From Hemiscyllium ocellatum (Eukaryota), in NCBI RefSeq assembly GCF_020745735.1, contig NW_026867531.1:372001-436000 (forward strand): DNA of 64,000 bases, written 5' to 3'. A program made the translations under genes and the position numbers. The notes under the pieces were generated by a model. The model saw only the letters and a list, made by a program, of their open reading frames with translations. It made no database searches and had not been told where the DNA came from. Shown here in pieces: positions 1 to 12,149 of the stretch (position 1 is the stretch's first letter; every line of letters begins with the position of its first letter).

Positions 1-69
1 TCTCTGTCCTATTAGATGGTGGTCACTTGCTCAGTTTCCGATGGCTCACCTCAGTGTCAGTCCTTGGAT

Positions 70-470
70 CATGTGGGAAAGAAGCAGAAGGTGACCATTC
101 GGCCCCTCGAGCCTGTTCCATCGTTCAATAAGACCAGGCCTGATCTGTTTGTGATTTGTATTCCATCTCCCCCCAACATCCCTTAACAAGAATCTATCAA
201 CCTGTGTCTTAAAATACTCAGTGAGCCCACCTTCTGGGGCAGAGAGGTCCAAAGTTGCACTGCCCTCTGATTGGAAACAAGTCTCCTCATCTCTGTCCTG
301 AAAGGGTGAACACAATTTTAAAGCAGTTCCCTCTCGTTCAGGAATGGCCCACAAGAGGAAACTTCCTTTCCACATCCTCCTTATCAAACCATTCAGGATC
401 TTAGACACTTCAGTGACGTCACCCCTCACTCTCCCAAACTCCAGCTGAAACAAACCCAGCCTGTCCAACC
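70..470 (-). mobile_element. Degenerate CR1-type LINE 3' fragment
   Basis: Minus-strand translation resembles the CR1 ORF2 C-terminus (DRLGLFQLEFGRVRGDVTEVSKILNGL, cf. LGLFSLEKRRFRGDLIEVYKMIRGL in the intact copy). Boundaries are approximate. Confidence 0.6.
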
Positions 471-2567
471 GATCCGCATTTTATTTCTGTCATGCCGGGT
501 GTGAGTGGGGATGAAATGTTATGTTTATTATGCAGTAAATGTGTTGCTTCACTCTGCTGTGTCTGAGAGTCAACATGAGCCATCCTCGCATTCCTGTCTC
601 ACTGTTGTACATATATCTTACATCACTGTCGTGTTTCCACCTCCCTCCCTCCCTCCCTCCCTCGAACCAAAAAAGGAGAGAGATCGAGAAAATCTGTCAG
701 AAAATTGGTTGTCACCTAAATGGTACTGAGTCTGATTGTAGAGATTGCATTGTAATTGTAGTAACCAGTTAATAAAAATTTACTGACAAGACATTTTGAG
801 AGGGGCTGCTGTGTTGGTGGTGGCAGTGCTGCTGGTTGGTATAAGTGAGGGCTGGGGTGAATACTTGGCTTTGGTGAGAAAGGTGAGCATGGGAAAGGCA
901 AGGTGAGATTCTTTTGTCTTCCTCAATAAGAAGAGGCAGAGATGGCAGTTCGGACAGTGTGGAGCTGTTTTAATCTTGCAGGCATTCTTTTTTTTAATAT
1001 TCATTTTCTGTGATGTGAGTGTCACTGGCTTGGCCAGCATTGATAGCCCATCCCTCTGAATAGTTCCAGAGTTGTAGAGGAAAGGATAGCAAAGATGATT
1101 CTCGATAGGAGTGAGAGAGACAGGGTAGTTCTCATGGGGCACTTCAACTTTCCAAATATTGACTGGAAACACGATAGTACCAGTACTATAGATGGGTCCG
1201 TTTTTGTCCAGTGTGTGCAGGAGGGCTTCCTGACACAGTATGTAGACAGGCCAATAAGGGGTGAAGACATATTAGATTTGGTCCTGGGTAATGAGCCCGG
1301 CCAGGTGTTAGACTTGGAAGGAGGTGAGCACTTTGGTGATAGCGATCACAATTCTGTTCTGTTTACTTTAGTGATAGAAAGGGATAGATGTATACCACTG
1401 GGCAAGAGTTACAGCTGGGGGAAAGGCAATTACCATGCGATTAGGCAAGGTTTAGGAAGCGTAGGATGGGGAAGGAAACTGCAGGGGATGGGCACATTAG
1501 AAATGTGGAGCTTATTCAAGGAAAAGCTCCTGTGTGTCCTAGATAAGTATGTACCTGTCAGGGAGGGAGGAAGCTGTAGAGCGCAAGAGCCGTGGTTTAT
1601 GAAGGAAGTGGAATCTCTGGTCAAGAGGAAGGAGAAGGCTTAAGTTAGGATGAGATGTGAAGGCTCAGGTAGGGCACTTGAGGGTTACATGGTAGACAGG
1701 AAAGACCTAAAGAGAGAGCTCGACAGAGCCAGGCAGAGACATGAGAAGTTGTTGGCGGATAGGATCATGGTAAACCCTAAGGCTTTCTATAGGTATTTAA
1801 GGAAGAAAAGAATGACAAGAGTAAGATTAGGGTCAATCAAGGATAGGAGTGGGAAGTTGTGTGTGGAGTCAGAGGAGATAGGGGAAGCACTGAATGAATA
1901 TTTTTCGACAGTATTCACTCTAGAAAATGACAGTGTTGTCGAGGAGATTACTGAGATACAGGCTACTAGACCAGTTGGGATTGAGGTTCACAAGGAAGAG
2001 GTATTAGAAATCCTGCAGAATGTGAAAATAGATAAATCTACTGGGCCTGATGGGATTTGTCCTAGGATTCTCTGGGAAGCCAGGTAGGAGATTGCCGAGC
2101 CTTTTATATTGATCTTTAAATCGTCATTGTCTACAGGAATAGTGCCAGAAGACTGGAGGATAGCAAATGTGGTTCTCCTGTTCAAGAAGGGGTGTAGAGA
2201 CAGCCCAGGTAATTATAGACCAGTGAGCCTTACTTCAGTTGTTGGAAAAGTTATAAGAGGTAGGATTTATAATCATCGAGAAAAGAATAATTTGATTAGG
2301 GATAGTCTGCACGGTTTTGTGAAGGGTAGGTCGTGCCTCACAAATCTTATTGAGTTCTTTGAGAAGGTGACCAAACAGGTAGATGAGAGTAAATCGGTTG
2401 ACGTGGTGTATATAGATTTCAGCAAGGCATTTGATAAGGTTTCCCACAGTAGGCTATTGTACAAAATCTTCGAGTAAAAAATGAGGTCTGCAGATGCTGG
2501 AGATCACAGCTGCAAATGTGTTGCTGGTCAAAGCACAGCAGGCCAGGCAGCATCTCAGGAATAGAGA

Positions 2568-2603
2568 ATTCGACGTTTCGAGCATAAGCCCTTCATCAGG
2601 AAT
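2568..2603 (-). ncRNA. Mirror copy of the minimal hammerhead ribozyme in the inverted PLE arm
   Basis: Reverse complement of 4932-4967 (ATTCGACGTTTCGAGCATAAGCCCTTCATCAGGAAT). Confidence 0.85.
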
Positions 2604-4931
2604 AAGAGAGAGAGAGCCAAGCAGGCTAAGATAAAAGGTAGGGAGGAGGGACTAGGGGGAGGGGCGATGGAGGTGGGATAGGTGGAAGGAGGTCAAGGTG
2701 AGGGTGATAGGCCGGAGTGGGGTGGGGGCGGAGAGGTCAGGAAGAGGATTGCAGGTTAGGAGGGCGGTGCTGAGTTGAGGGAACCGACTGAGACAAGGTG
2801 GGGGGAGGGGAAATGAGGAAGCTGGAGAAATCTGAATTGGTGATGAGGTCCTGGATGGTCTGGGAGATGATGGTTTGGTGGTGGGAGGTGGGGTCGTGGT
2901 CAAGGGGGCGATAAGAGGAGGCGTCCGCGAGTTGGCGTTTGGCTTCAGCGGTATACAGGTCAGTGCGCCAAACTACTACCGCGCCTCCCTTGTCTGCGGG
3001 TTTGATGGTGAGGTTGGGATTGGAGCGGAGGGAGTGGAGGGCTGCACGTTCTGAGGGTGAGAGGTTGGAGTGGGTGAGAGGGGTGGACAGGTTGAGTCGG
3101 ATCTCCCATCCACCGCCTCCAACCTCATAGTCCCACAACCCCGCACCGCCCGTTTCTACCTCCTGCCCAAAATCCACAAACCTGCCTGCCCCGGGCGACC
3201 CATTGTCTCAGCCTGCTCCTGCCCCACCGAACTCATCTCCCAATACCTCGACACGGTCCTGTCCCCTTTAGTCCAAGAACTCCCCACCTACGTTCGGGAC
3301 ACCACCCACGCCCTCCACCTCCTCCAGGATTTTCGCTTCCCCGGTCCCCAACGCCTTATTTTCACTATGGACATCCAGTCCCTGTACACCTCCATCCCCC
3401 ATCACGAAGGACTCAAAGCCCTCCGCTTCTTCCTTTCCCGCCGCACCAACCAGTACCCTTCCACTGACACCCTCCTTCGACTGACTAAACTGGTCCTCAC
3501 CCTGAATAACTTCTCTTTTCAATCCTCCCACTTCCTCCAAACTAAAGGAGTTGCCATGGGCACCCGCATGGGCCACAGCTATGCCTGCCTCTTCGTAGGA
3601 TATGTGGAACAGTCCATCTTCCGCAACTACACTGGCACCACCCCCCACCTTTTCCTCCGCTACATCGATGACTGTATCGGCGCTGCCTCGTGCTCCCACG
3701 AGGAGGTTGAACAGTTCACCAACTTTACTAACACCTTCCAGCCCGACCTGAAATTCACCTGGACCGTCTCAGACTCCTCCCTCCCCTTCCTAGACCTTTC
3801 CATTTCTATCTCGGGCGACCGACTCAACACAGACATCTATTATAAACCGACTGACTCCCACAGCTACCTGGACTACACCTCCTCCCACCCTGCCCCCTGT
3901 AAAAACGCCATCCCATTTTCCCAATTCCTTCGTCTCCGCCGCATCTGCTCCCAGGAGGACCAATTCCAACACCGCACAGCCCAGATGGCCTCCTTCTTCA
4001 AGGACCGCAGATTCCCCCCAGACGTGATCGACGATGCCCTCCACAGCATCTCCTCCACTTCCCGCTCCTCCGCCCTTGAGCCCCGCTCCTCCAACCGCCA
4101 CCAAGACAGAACCCCACTGGTTCTCACCTACCACCCCACCAACCTCCGCATACAACGTATCATCCGCCGCCATTTCCGCCACCTCCAAACGGACCCCACC
4201 ACCAAGGATATATTTCCCTCCCCTCCCCATCAGCGTTCCGCAAGGACCACTCCCTTCGTGACTCCCTCGTCAGATCCACACCCCCCACCAACCCAACCTC
4301 CACCCCCGGCACCTTCCCCTGCAACCGCAGGAAATGTAAAACTTGCGCCCACACCTCCACACTCACTTCCCTCCAAGGCCCCTAGGGATCCTTCCATATC
4401 CGCCACAAGTTCACCTGTACCTCCACACACATCATCTATTGCATCCGCTGCACCCGATGTGGCCTCCTCTATATTGGTGAGACAGGCCGCTTACTTGCGG
4501 AACGCTTCAGAGAACACCTCCGGGCCGCCCGAACCAACCAACCCAATCACCCCGTGGCTCAACACTTTAACTCTCCCTCCCACTCCACCGAGGACATGCA
4601 GGTCCTTGGACTCCTCCACCGGCAGAACACAACTACACGACGGCTGGAGGAGGAGCGCCTCATCTTCCGCCTGGGAACCTCCAACCACAAGGTATGAATC
4701 CAGATTTCTCCAGCTTCCTCATTTCCCCTCCCCCCACCTTGTCTCAGTCGGTTCCCTCAACTCAGCACCGCCCTCCTAACCTGCAATCCTCTTCCTGACC
4801 TCTCCGCCCCCACCCCACTCCGGCCTGTCACCCTCACCTTGACCTCCTTCCACCTATCCCACCTCCATCGCCCCTCCCCCTAGTCCCTCCTCCCTACCTT
4901 TTATCTTAGCCTGCTTGGCTCTCTCTCTCTT

Positions 4932-4967
4932 ATTCCTGATGAAGGGCTTATGCTCGAAACGTCGAAT
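4932..4967 (+). ncRNA. Minimal type-I hammerhead ribozyme in the PLE 3' terminus
   Basis: ATTC-CTGATGA-A-GGGC(TTAT)GCTC-GAAA-CGTC-GAAT: core CUGAUGA/GAAA, stem II, palindromic ACGT stem III, GUC cleavage triplet (after 4963), and 4-bp stem I ATTC/GAAT. Minimal HHRs in PLE termini are established. Confidence 0.85.
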
Positions 4968-6229
4968 TCTCTATTCCTGAGATGCTGCCTGGCCTGCTGT
5001 GCTTTGACCAGCAACACATTTGCAGTTGCTATTGTACAAAATGCAGAGGAATGGGATTGTGGGAGATTTAGCAGTTTGGATCAGTAATTGGCTTACTGAA
5101 GGAAGACAGAGGGTGGTGGTTGTTGGGAAATGTTCATCCTGGAGTCCAGTTACCAGTGATGTACTGCAAGGGTTGGTGTTGGGTCCACTGCTGTTTGTCA
5201 TTTTTATAAACGACCTGGATGAGGATGTAGAAGGGTGGGTTAGTAAATTTGCAGATGACACTAAGGTCAGTGGAGTTGTGGATAGTGACGAAGGATGTTG
5301 TAGTTACAGAGAGACATAGATAAGCTGCAGAGCTGGGCTGAGAGGTGGCAAATGGAGTTTAATGCGGACAAGTCTGAGGTGATTCACTTTGGTCAGAGTA
5401 ACCGGAATGCAAAGTACTGGAATAATGGTAAGATTCTTGGTAGTGTAGATGAGCAGAGAGATCTCGGTGTCCAGGTGCACAGATCCTTGAAAGTTGCCAC
5501 CCAGGTTGACAGGTTGTTAAGAAGGCATACAGTGTTTTAGCTTTTATTAATAGAGGGATCGAGTTCTGGAACCATGGGGTTATGCTGCAGCTGTACAAAA
5601 CTCTGGTGCGGCTGCACTTGAAGTATTGTGTACAGTTCTGGTCACCCCATTATAAGACGGATGTGGAAGCTTTGGAAAGGGTGCAGAGCAGATTTACTCG
5701 GATGTTGCCTGGTATGGAGGGAAGGTCTTACGAGGAAAGGCTGAGGGACGTGAGGCTGTTTTCGTTAGTGAGAAGAAGGTTGAGAGGTGACTTAATAGAG
5801 ACATATAAGATAATCAGAGGGTTAGGCAGGGTGGAAGGGAGAACCTTTTTCCAAGTATGGTGATGGCGAGTATGAGGGGGCATAGCTTTAACTTTAGGAG
5901 TGATAGATATAGGACAGATGTCAGAGGTAGTCTCTTTACTCAGAGAGTAGGAAGGGGATGGAATGCTTTTCCTGCAACGATAGTAGATTCGCCAACTTTA
6001 AGTACATTTAAGTCATCATTGGACAAGCATATGGACGTGCATGGAATAGTATAGGTTAGATGGGCTTCAGATTGGTATGACAGGTCGCCACAACATTGAG
6101 GGCCAAAGGGCCTGGACTGCAATGTAATGTTCTATGTTCTAATCCTTGGCACAACATCATCAGCTGCAGGGCCTGTTCCATGCTGTACGTTTCGATGTTC
6201 TATGTTCTGTAAGTCCAGATAATCCTCTT

Positions 6230-8735
6230 AGACCACAGCACTCCCTCAGTACTGACTGTCTGACATTGCTGTGTCCCCTCAGTACTGACCCTCTGGCAGT
6301 GGTGCATTCTGTCAGTCCTAACCTCTGACAGTGCAGCGCTCCCTCAATACTGATCCTCTGACAATGGAGTGCACATTCAGTCCTGACCTTCTGACAGTGC
6401 AGCGCTCCAGCAGTACTGACCCTCCAACAGTGAGGCACTCCCTCAGTACTGACACTCTCTCAGTACTGACTAATTCAAACAGTAGTACTCACTCAGTACT
6501 GACCCTATGACAGTGCAGCACTCCCTCAGTACTGACCCACTGACAGTATGGAGCTCTGTCATCATTGATCCTCTGACAGATCCCTCAGTAATAAACTGCT
6601 GACATGCGACACACCCACAGTACTGACCGTCTGATAGTGCATCACTCACTCAGTACTGACCCTTTGATAGTGCTGCACTACCTGAGTGCTGTCCTTCCGA
6701 CAGTGCGGCCCTCCCTCACAACTACACTCCTGACAGTGCGGCCCTCCCTCAGTACTAAACTCCTGACAGTGTGGCACTCCCTCAGAACTAAACTCCTGAC
6801 AGTGCGGCCCTCCCTCAGTACTAAACTCCTGACAGTGCAGCCCTCCCTCAGTACTAAACTCCTGACAGTGCGGCCCTCCCTCACAACTACACTCCTGACA
6901 GTGCGGCCCTCCCTCAGTACTAAACTCCTGACAGTGCGGCCCTCCCTCAGTACTAAACTCCTGACAGTGCAGCCCTCCCTCAGTACTAAACTCCTGACAG
7001 TGCGGCCCTCCCTCACAACTAAACTCCTGAAAGTGCAGCCCTCCCTCAGTACTAAACTCCTGACAGTGCGGCCCTCCCTCAGTACTAAACTCCTGGCAGT
7101 GCGGCCCTCCCTCAGTACTAAACTCCTGACAGTGCAGCCCTCCCTCAGTACTAAACTCCTGACAGTGCAGCCCTCCCTCAGAACTAAACTCCTGTCAGTG
7201 CGGCCCTCCCTCAGTACTAAATTCCTGACAGTGCGAACCTCCCTCAGTACTAAACTCCCGACAGTGCGGCCCTCCCTCAGAACTAAACTCCTGACAGTGC
7301 GGCCCTCCCTCAGTACTAAACTCCTGACAGTGCGGCCCTCCCTCAGTACTAAACTCCTGACAGTGGTGCCCTCTCTCAGTACTAAACTCCTGACAGTGCC
7401 GCCCTCCCTCAGAACTAAACTCCTGACAGTGCGGCCCTCCCTCAGAACTAAACTCCTGACAGTGCAGCCCTCCCTCAGTACTAAATTCCTGACAGTGCAG
7501 CTATCACTCAGTGCTGACACTCCAACAGTGCGGCATTCCATCAGTACTGACACCGACAGTGCGGCAACTCCCTCTGTCCTGCACCTCTGACAGTGCAGCA
7601 CTCACTCAGTACGATCACTCTGACAGTGCAGCACTCCCTCAGTACTGAACCTCTGACAGTGCAGCACTCCCTCAGCACTCATGCTACGACAGTGTTGTTC
7701 TCCCTCAGTAATAACTCTTCAACAGTGCAGTGCTCATTTTGTACTGATCCTTTGACAGTTTAGCACTCCCTCAGTACTGACCTCTGACAGTGTAACATTC
7801 CCTCAATACTGATCCTCTGGCAATGTGGTACTCCCTCAGTACTGACCCACTGACAGTGTAACATTCTCTCAATACTGATCCTCTGGCAATGTGGTGCTCC
7901 CTCAGTACTGACCTCTGACAGTGTAACATTCCCTCAATACTGATCCTCTGGCAATGCGGTACTCCCTCAGTACTGACACTCTGACAGTGCAACACTCCCT
8001 CAGTACTGATCCTCTGACAGTACAGCACTCCCTCAGTACTGACCCTCTGACAGTGCAGCACTCCCTCAGTACTGACCCTCTGACAGTGCAGCACTCCCTC
8101 AGTACTGACCCTCTGACAGTGCAGCACTCCCTCAGTACTGACCCTCTGACAGTGCAACACTCCCTCAGTACTGATCCTCTGACAGTACAGCACTCCCTCA
8201 GTACTGACCCTCTGACAGTGCAGCACTCCCTCAGTTCTGACCCTCTGACAGTGCAGCACTCCCTCAGTACTGACACCCTGACAGTGTGCACTCCCTCAGT
8301 ACTGAACATCTGACAGTACAGCACTCCCTCAGTATTGACCCTCTGACAGTGCAGCACTCCCTCAGTACTGACCCTCTGATAGTGCAGCACTCCCTCAGTA
8401 CTGACCCTCTGACAGTGTGCATTCCCTCAGTACTGAACCTCTGACAGTACAGCACTCCCTCAGTACTGACCCTCTGACAGTGCAGCACTCCCTCAGTACT
8501 GATCCTCTGACAGTGCAGCACTCCCTCAGTACTGACTCTCTGACAGTGCAGCACTCCCTCGTTACTGTTCTGCTGACAATGCAGCACTCCATCCTAACTG
8601 ACCCTCTGACAGTACAGCAATCCTTCAGTATTGACAATCCGACAGTGCAGCTTTTCTTCAGTACAGATCCTCTGACAGTGCAATACTAACGTATCACTGA
8701 CCCTCCAACGGTGTGGCACTCCCTCAGTACTGACC
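6230..8735. repeat. 33-bp minisatellite (CTGACAGTGCAGCACTCCCTCAGTACTGACCCT and variant ...GCGGCCCTCCCTCAGTACTAAACTCCT)
   Basis: The 11-aa periodicity in ORFs (TVQHSLSTDPL, TVRPSLSTKLL) equals a 33-nt unit. There are two homogenised sub-arrays (about 6700-7500 and 7950-8560) with degenerate edges. Confidence 0.95.
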
Positions 8736-9549
8736 GTTTTTTTCTCTTTCTTAATGTTTTGTGGAAATATGGAGACATTGCATTTGCAGATTCTGAGAAA
8801 GCATGAGAGAGACACACAATCCAAGCCTTGTCTGAAACTTTGCAACAATCTATTCAGAGAGATGCACAGCATGGAAACAGACCCTTCGGCCCAACTTATT
8901 CATGCCAACCAGATATCCAACTTAATTTAGTTCCATTTGCTAGCACTTGGCTGATATCCCTCTAAACCCTTCCTATTCACATATTCATCCTGATGCCTTT
9001 TAAATGTCGCAATTGTACCAGCCCCCACCATATCCTCTTGCAGCTAACTGCATGCCCTTGAATAAGTGTTCAAACATTCATAGCGACGATGCAATCTCAA
9101 ACAAACACTAACCTACGAAATGCTATCACTGTCATTTTCACCCCATCCTTTGGTTCCCTGTTACGCTGATTTAAACAGAGGTAAAGAAACAGTCTTAGTG
9201 ACCATCCACCGTCACCTTGTAATAAAAGTTACTTGCAAATTTCACTTGCATGAGATTACCACACCATCCAGTTGCCTGGAAGGTGGGGGTGAGCTGTATT
9301 CTCCTGCTATAGCCCTTGGTGTCCCACGTTGATGTTAGGGAGGGAACTCCAAGATTTTGACCTGAACCATGTAAAGAGCTCTCTTACTGGAGTGCCTTTT
9401 TAAAGTTGGGAAGTTATTATAGACCAGGAGGACCCGGGAGCTGCTGTCTTGTCAGAGAGAGGGGACTGGTGGGTCACATGCCTCAGGTGAGGGGTGAGGT
9501 TGAGAAGTTGGGGCCTTCATGGTAATTTCAGACATGATAGAAATTGAGC

Positions 9550-9775
9550 TGAAAATGTGTTGCTGGAAAAGCGCAGCAGGTCAGGCAGCATCCAAGGAAC
9601 AGGAGATTCGACGTTTCGGGCATAAGCCCTTCTTCAGGAATCAGATTCCTGAAGAAGGCCTTATGCCCGAAACGTCGAATCTCCTGTTCCTTGGATGCTG
9701 CCTGACCTGCTGCGCTTTTCCAGCAACACATTTTCAGCTCTGATCTCTAGCATCTGCAGTACTCACTTTCTCCTC
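9550..9775. mobile_element. Short palindromic PLE derivative with a hammerhead on each strand; 17-bp TSD
   Basis: ~100-bp inverted arms centred near 9643. TSD CATGATAGAAATTGAGC at 9533-9549 and 9776-9792. CTGAAGA...GAAACGTC cores on both strands. Confidence 0.9.
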
Positions 9776-10260
9776 CATGATAGAAATTGAGCCAACAATG
9801 TTGGTATCACTAACCAGTTAGCTGAGGTAACTGAGACCCCACTTTGAAGCAGAGGAATTCAATCCCTATAATAGAGCAAGCTTGGGAATTCAACACTAAA
9901 CTCAACTTGTACGGACGCACTGGAAACCTGAACCATCAATACAGAGATTGCTGAAGAAGCTAAGCATGTCCGGCAGCATCTGTGAAGGGAGAGAGAGAGA
10001 GAGTTCACCTTTCAATCCAGTGATTTCTGTGGAAACGTTCCTTCAGAACAGACCGTTTTGAGGAAGGGTCACTTGAAATGCGAATTGTTCCTCTCTCTCT
10101 TCACCGTTGCTGTCTGATCTGCTGAATTTCCCCAGCAATCTGTGCGGGTGTTTGCTTGAGAATTTGATCTGACCCAATCAAACATGTGTCACTGAGCAAC
10201 TCAGTCTGTGTTCATGCCCTGAGGTTGCTTCTGTTGAAAGTTGACAAACAGGTTTAAGGC

Positions 10261-10437
10261 TTTTAGGAGAAAATGAGGACTGCAGATGCTGGAGATCAGA
10301 GCTGACAATGTATTGCTGGAAAAGCGCAGCAGGTCAGGCAGCATCCAAGGAGCAGGAGAATCGATATTTCTGTCAACTCTCCTGCTCCTTGGATGCTGCC
10401 TGACCTGCTGCACTTTTCAAGCAACACATTTTCAGCT
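10261..10437. mobile_element. Short palindromic PLE derivative (hammerhead region deleted at the centre)
   Basis: Inverted arms GCTGGAAAAGCGCAGCAGGTCAGGCAGCATCCAAGGAGCAGGAG / reverse complement. Imperfect TSD CAGGTTTAAGGC (10249-10260) vs CAGGTTCAAGC (10438-10448). Confidence 0.8.
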
Positions 10438-10855
10438 CAGGTTCAAGCATTTGTAAGGCATTGTATTTGTAGGGTGGGGGTGCAGGGGGGAACAGATAAA
10501 GATTTACGGCACTTCACAAAGATCCTTATCAATGTAACTTTATGATGTTAATTAAGAAGGAACAGCTCAGATCTAACATTTCAGTTACTCAGCCAAGAGA
10601 AGTTTATATGTCATCATAAAGACTTGTTGTAAAGACTGTACAGAACCGAACTTTAGTTACTATGTTTGTACATAATTTTTTTTGTGAATAAAGTCTCTGT
10701 TTGAAATGAATATAAATATTTTTTAGCATCTTGAGCTTGTGGAGGCATTGTCCTTTTCCCTAATCTTTCTTAAATAAACGCTAGACAGGTTAGATACTCC
10801 CCGGGTATAGACATCAAACGGTCATCAATGGGGCGGAGATAGTGGGATTGTCACA

Positions 10856-11110
10856 GGGGCTCTGTGGTTAGCTCTGTTGCCTCACCCCACCCGGGTTCGA
10901 TTCCAGCCTCGGGCGACTGTCTGTGTGGAGTTTGCACATTCTCCCCGTGTCAGCCTCCGGGTGCTTCAGTTCCCTCCCACTGTCCAAAGATGTGCAGGCT
11001 CGGTGGATTAGCCAGAGGGAATGAAGGGATCCAGGGATAGAGTGGGGGGATGGGATGCTCTGCCGAGGGTCAGTGTGAACCTGATAGGCCGAATGGCCTG
11101 CTTCCACATT
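10856..11110 (+). mobile_element. tRNA-derived V-SINE (HE1-like), degenerate
   Basis: B-box GGTTCGATTCC, V-domain TGTGTGGAGTTTGCACATTCTCCCCGTGTC, and LINE-shared tail GGCCGAATGGCCTG. Confidence 0.8.
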
Positions 11111-11667
11111 ATATAATCAATCCAGAGACTCAAATAATGTTCTGGGCCCTGGGCTCCATCTTGGGGGTGGCTGTGGGTCACCACAGTGAGAACAGGTTTG
11201 GGGATGAACACGGTCCAAGGGGGTAACAGGTTTGTTTTCTGAGGTGTTGAGGGTATGAATGTTCTGTCGAGGTGCTTTGGGATAACATACTGAGGAGGTG
11301 CTTTCTGAGATACTGAGGGAGCAGTATCTGGCGGTACAGGGTGCAGAAGGTGGAATGGTACAGATACACTTCCCTAATCATTTCCTCAGGGTCCCCAAGG
11401 CACGCTGGTGTGGTCATCTGAGATGGAAGCCACTCCCCATTTTAGAAGATTAAATCAATAGTCAGTGAAAAATAACACAAACACATGCCTTAAACATGGA
11501 TTGGAGGAAAACTGTTATGAATCTATCATCATTTGTTGCTTGGACAAGGTTTAGAAAAGCAGGCACCCAAACAGACCAATGCTGTCGATGGACAGGAAGA
11601 TCCAAGAGGTTATTTGCAGTTGATGTCTGTCTCCCTGCAGAGGTCATCATCCGAGATCAGGGTCCAG

Positions 11668-11670
<3 letters not shown>

Positions 11671-11748
<78 letters not shown>
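11671..11748. repeat. (GT)39 microsatellite
   Basis: Perfect GT run of 78 bp. Confidence 0.98.
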
Positions 11749-11750
<2 letters not shown>

Positions 11751-12149
11751 GGTTATATTGTGTATCCAAGAAGATAAATTCCTGCTGCTGTTTCAGGTTG
11801 ATTGGTCCTTGATTTTCAAAAAACTGGCAAAGACACAAATGTAAAAGTGTGTAAAAGCTGCAGAACTCACTTCCCCGGGGTAAAGTGAATGCTGTAAAGC
11901 TCCCAAAAGAGGTTCGGATGGAAGGAAGAAAAATTAGATTGAGAAGAGACAGTGCCATTCAGGTGCAGAGGTGTTGTTGGAATGTCTATTCAGGATTAAC
12001 TCAGTCATTTCAGGAGAGGGGAAAACACCTTGGAGATAGTTTCTCAACCAACCTGTTCAGTGATGGTACGGTACTCCTCTGGACCAGGTGGGACTCGAAA
12101 CTGAATCTCCTAGCTCAGAGGTAAAGACACTACCACTGTCCCTTTCTAC

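Larger units (their letters stand above)
2468..5027 (+). mobile_element. Penelope-like element (Neptune-type RT + Zn-knuckle + GIY-YIG) with inverted termini and a 5' inversion; 15-bp TSD
   Basis: RT motifs PGRPIVS, TMDIQSLYTSIPH, GVAMGTRMG and FLRYIDD lie in ORF 3070-4779. After a frameshift near 4230 the frame reads PCNRRKCKTC...IYCIRCTRCGLLYIGET. 2468-2838 is the reverse complement of the 3' end (about 4700-5027). TSD GCTATTGTACAAAAT at 2453-2467 and 5028-5042. Confidence 0.92.
1094..6102 (+). mobile_element. 5'-truncated CR1/HER1-like LINE (APE end + RT + 3' tail), split by a Penelope-like insertion at 2468-5027; frameshifted
   Basis: ORF pieces 1095-1643, 1650-2087, 2109-2477, 5020-5319 and 5582-5863 are collinear with the intact ORF2 at 26457 ([48 protein letters not shown]). 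It ends in the (TGTTCTA)n-type tail near 6090-6140. Confidence 0.92.

Noticed and set aside
3268-4688. Several minus-strand ORFs of 65-146 aa over the PLE (also 12828-13972 and 28145-28666)
   Set aside because: These are antisense shadow ORFs of GC-skewed retroelement coding sequence.
6604-8689. Long ORFs (328, 307, 162 aa) with 11-aa repeats
   Set aside because: These are translations of the 33-bp minisatellite on both strands. There are no splice or promoter features and no domain content.
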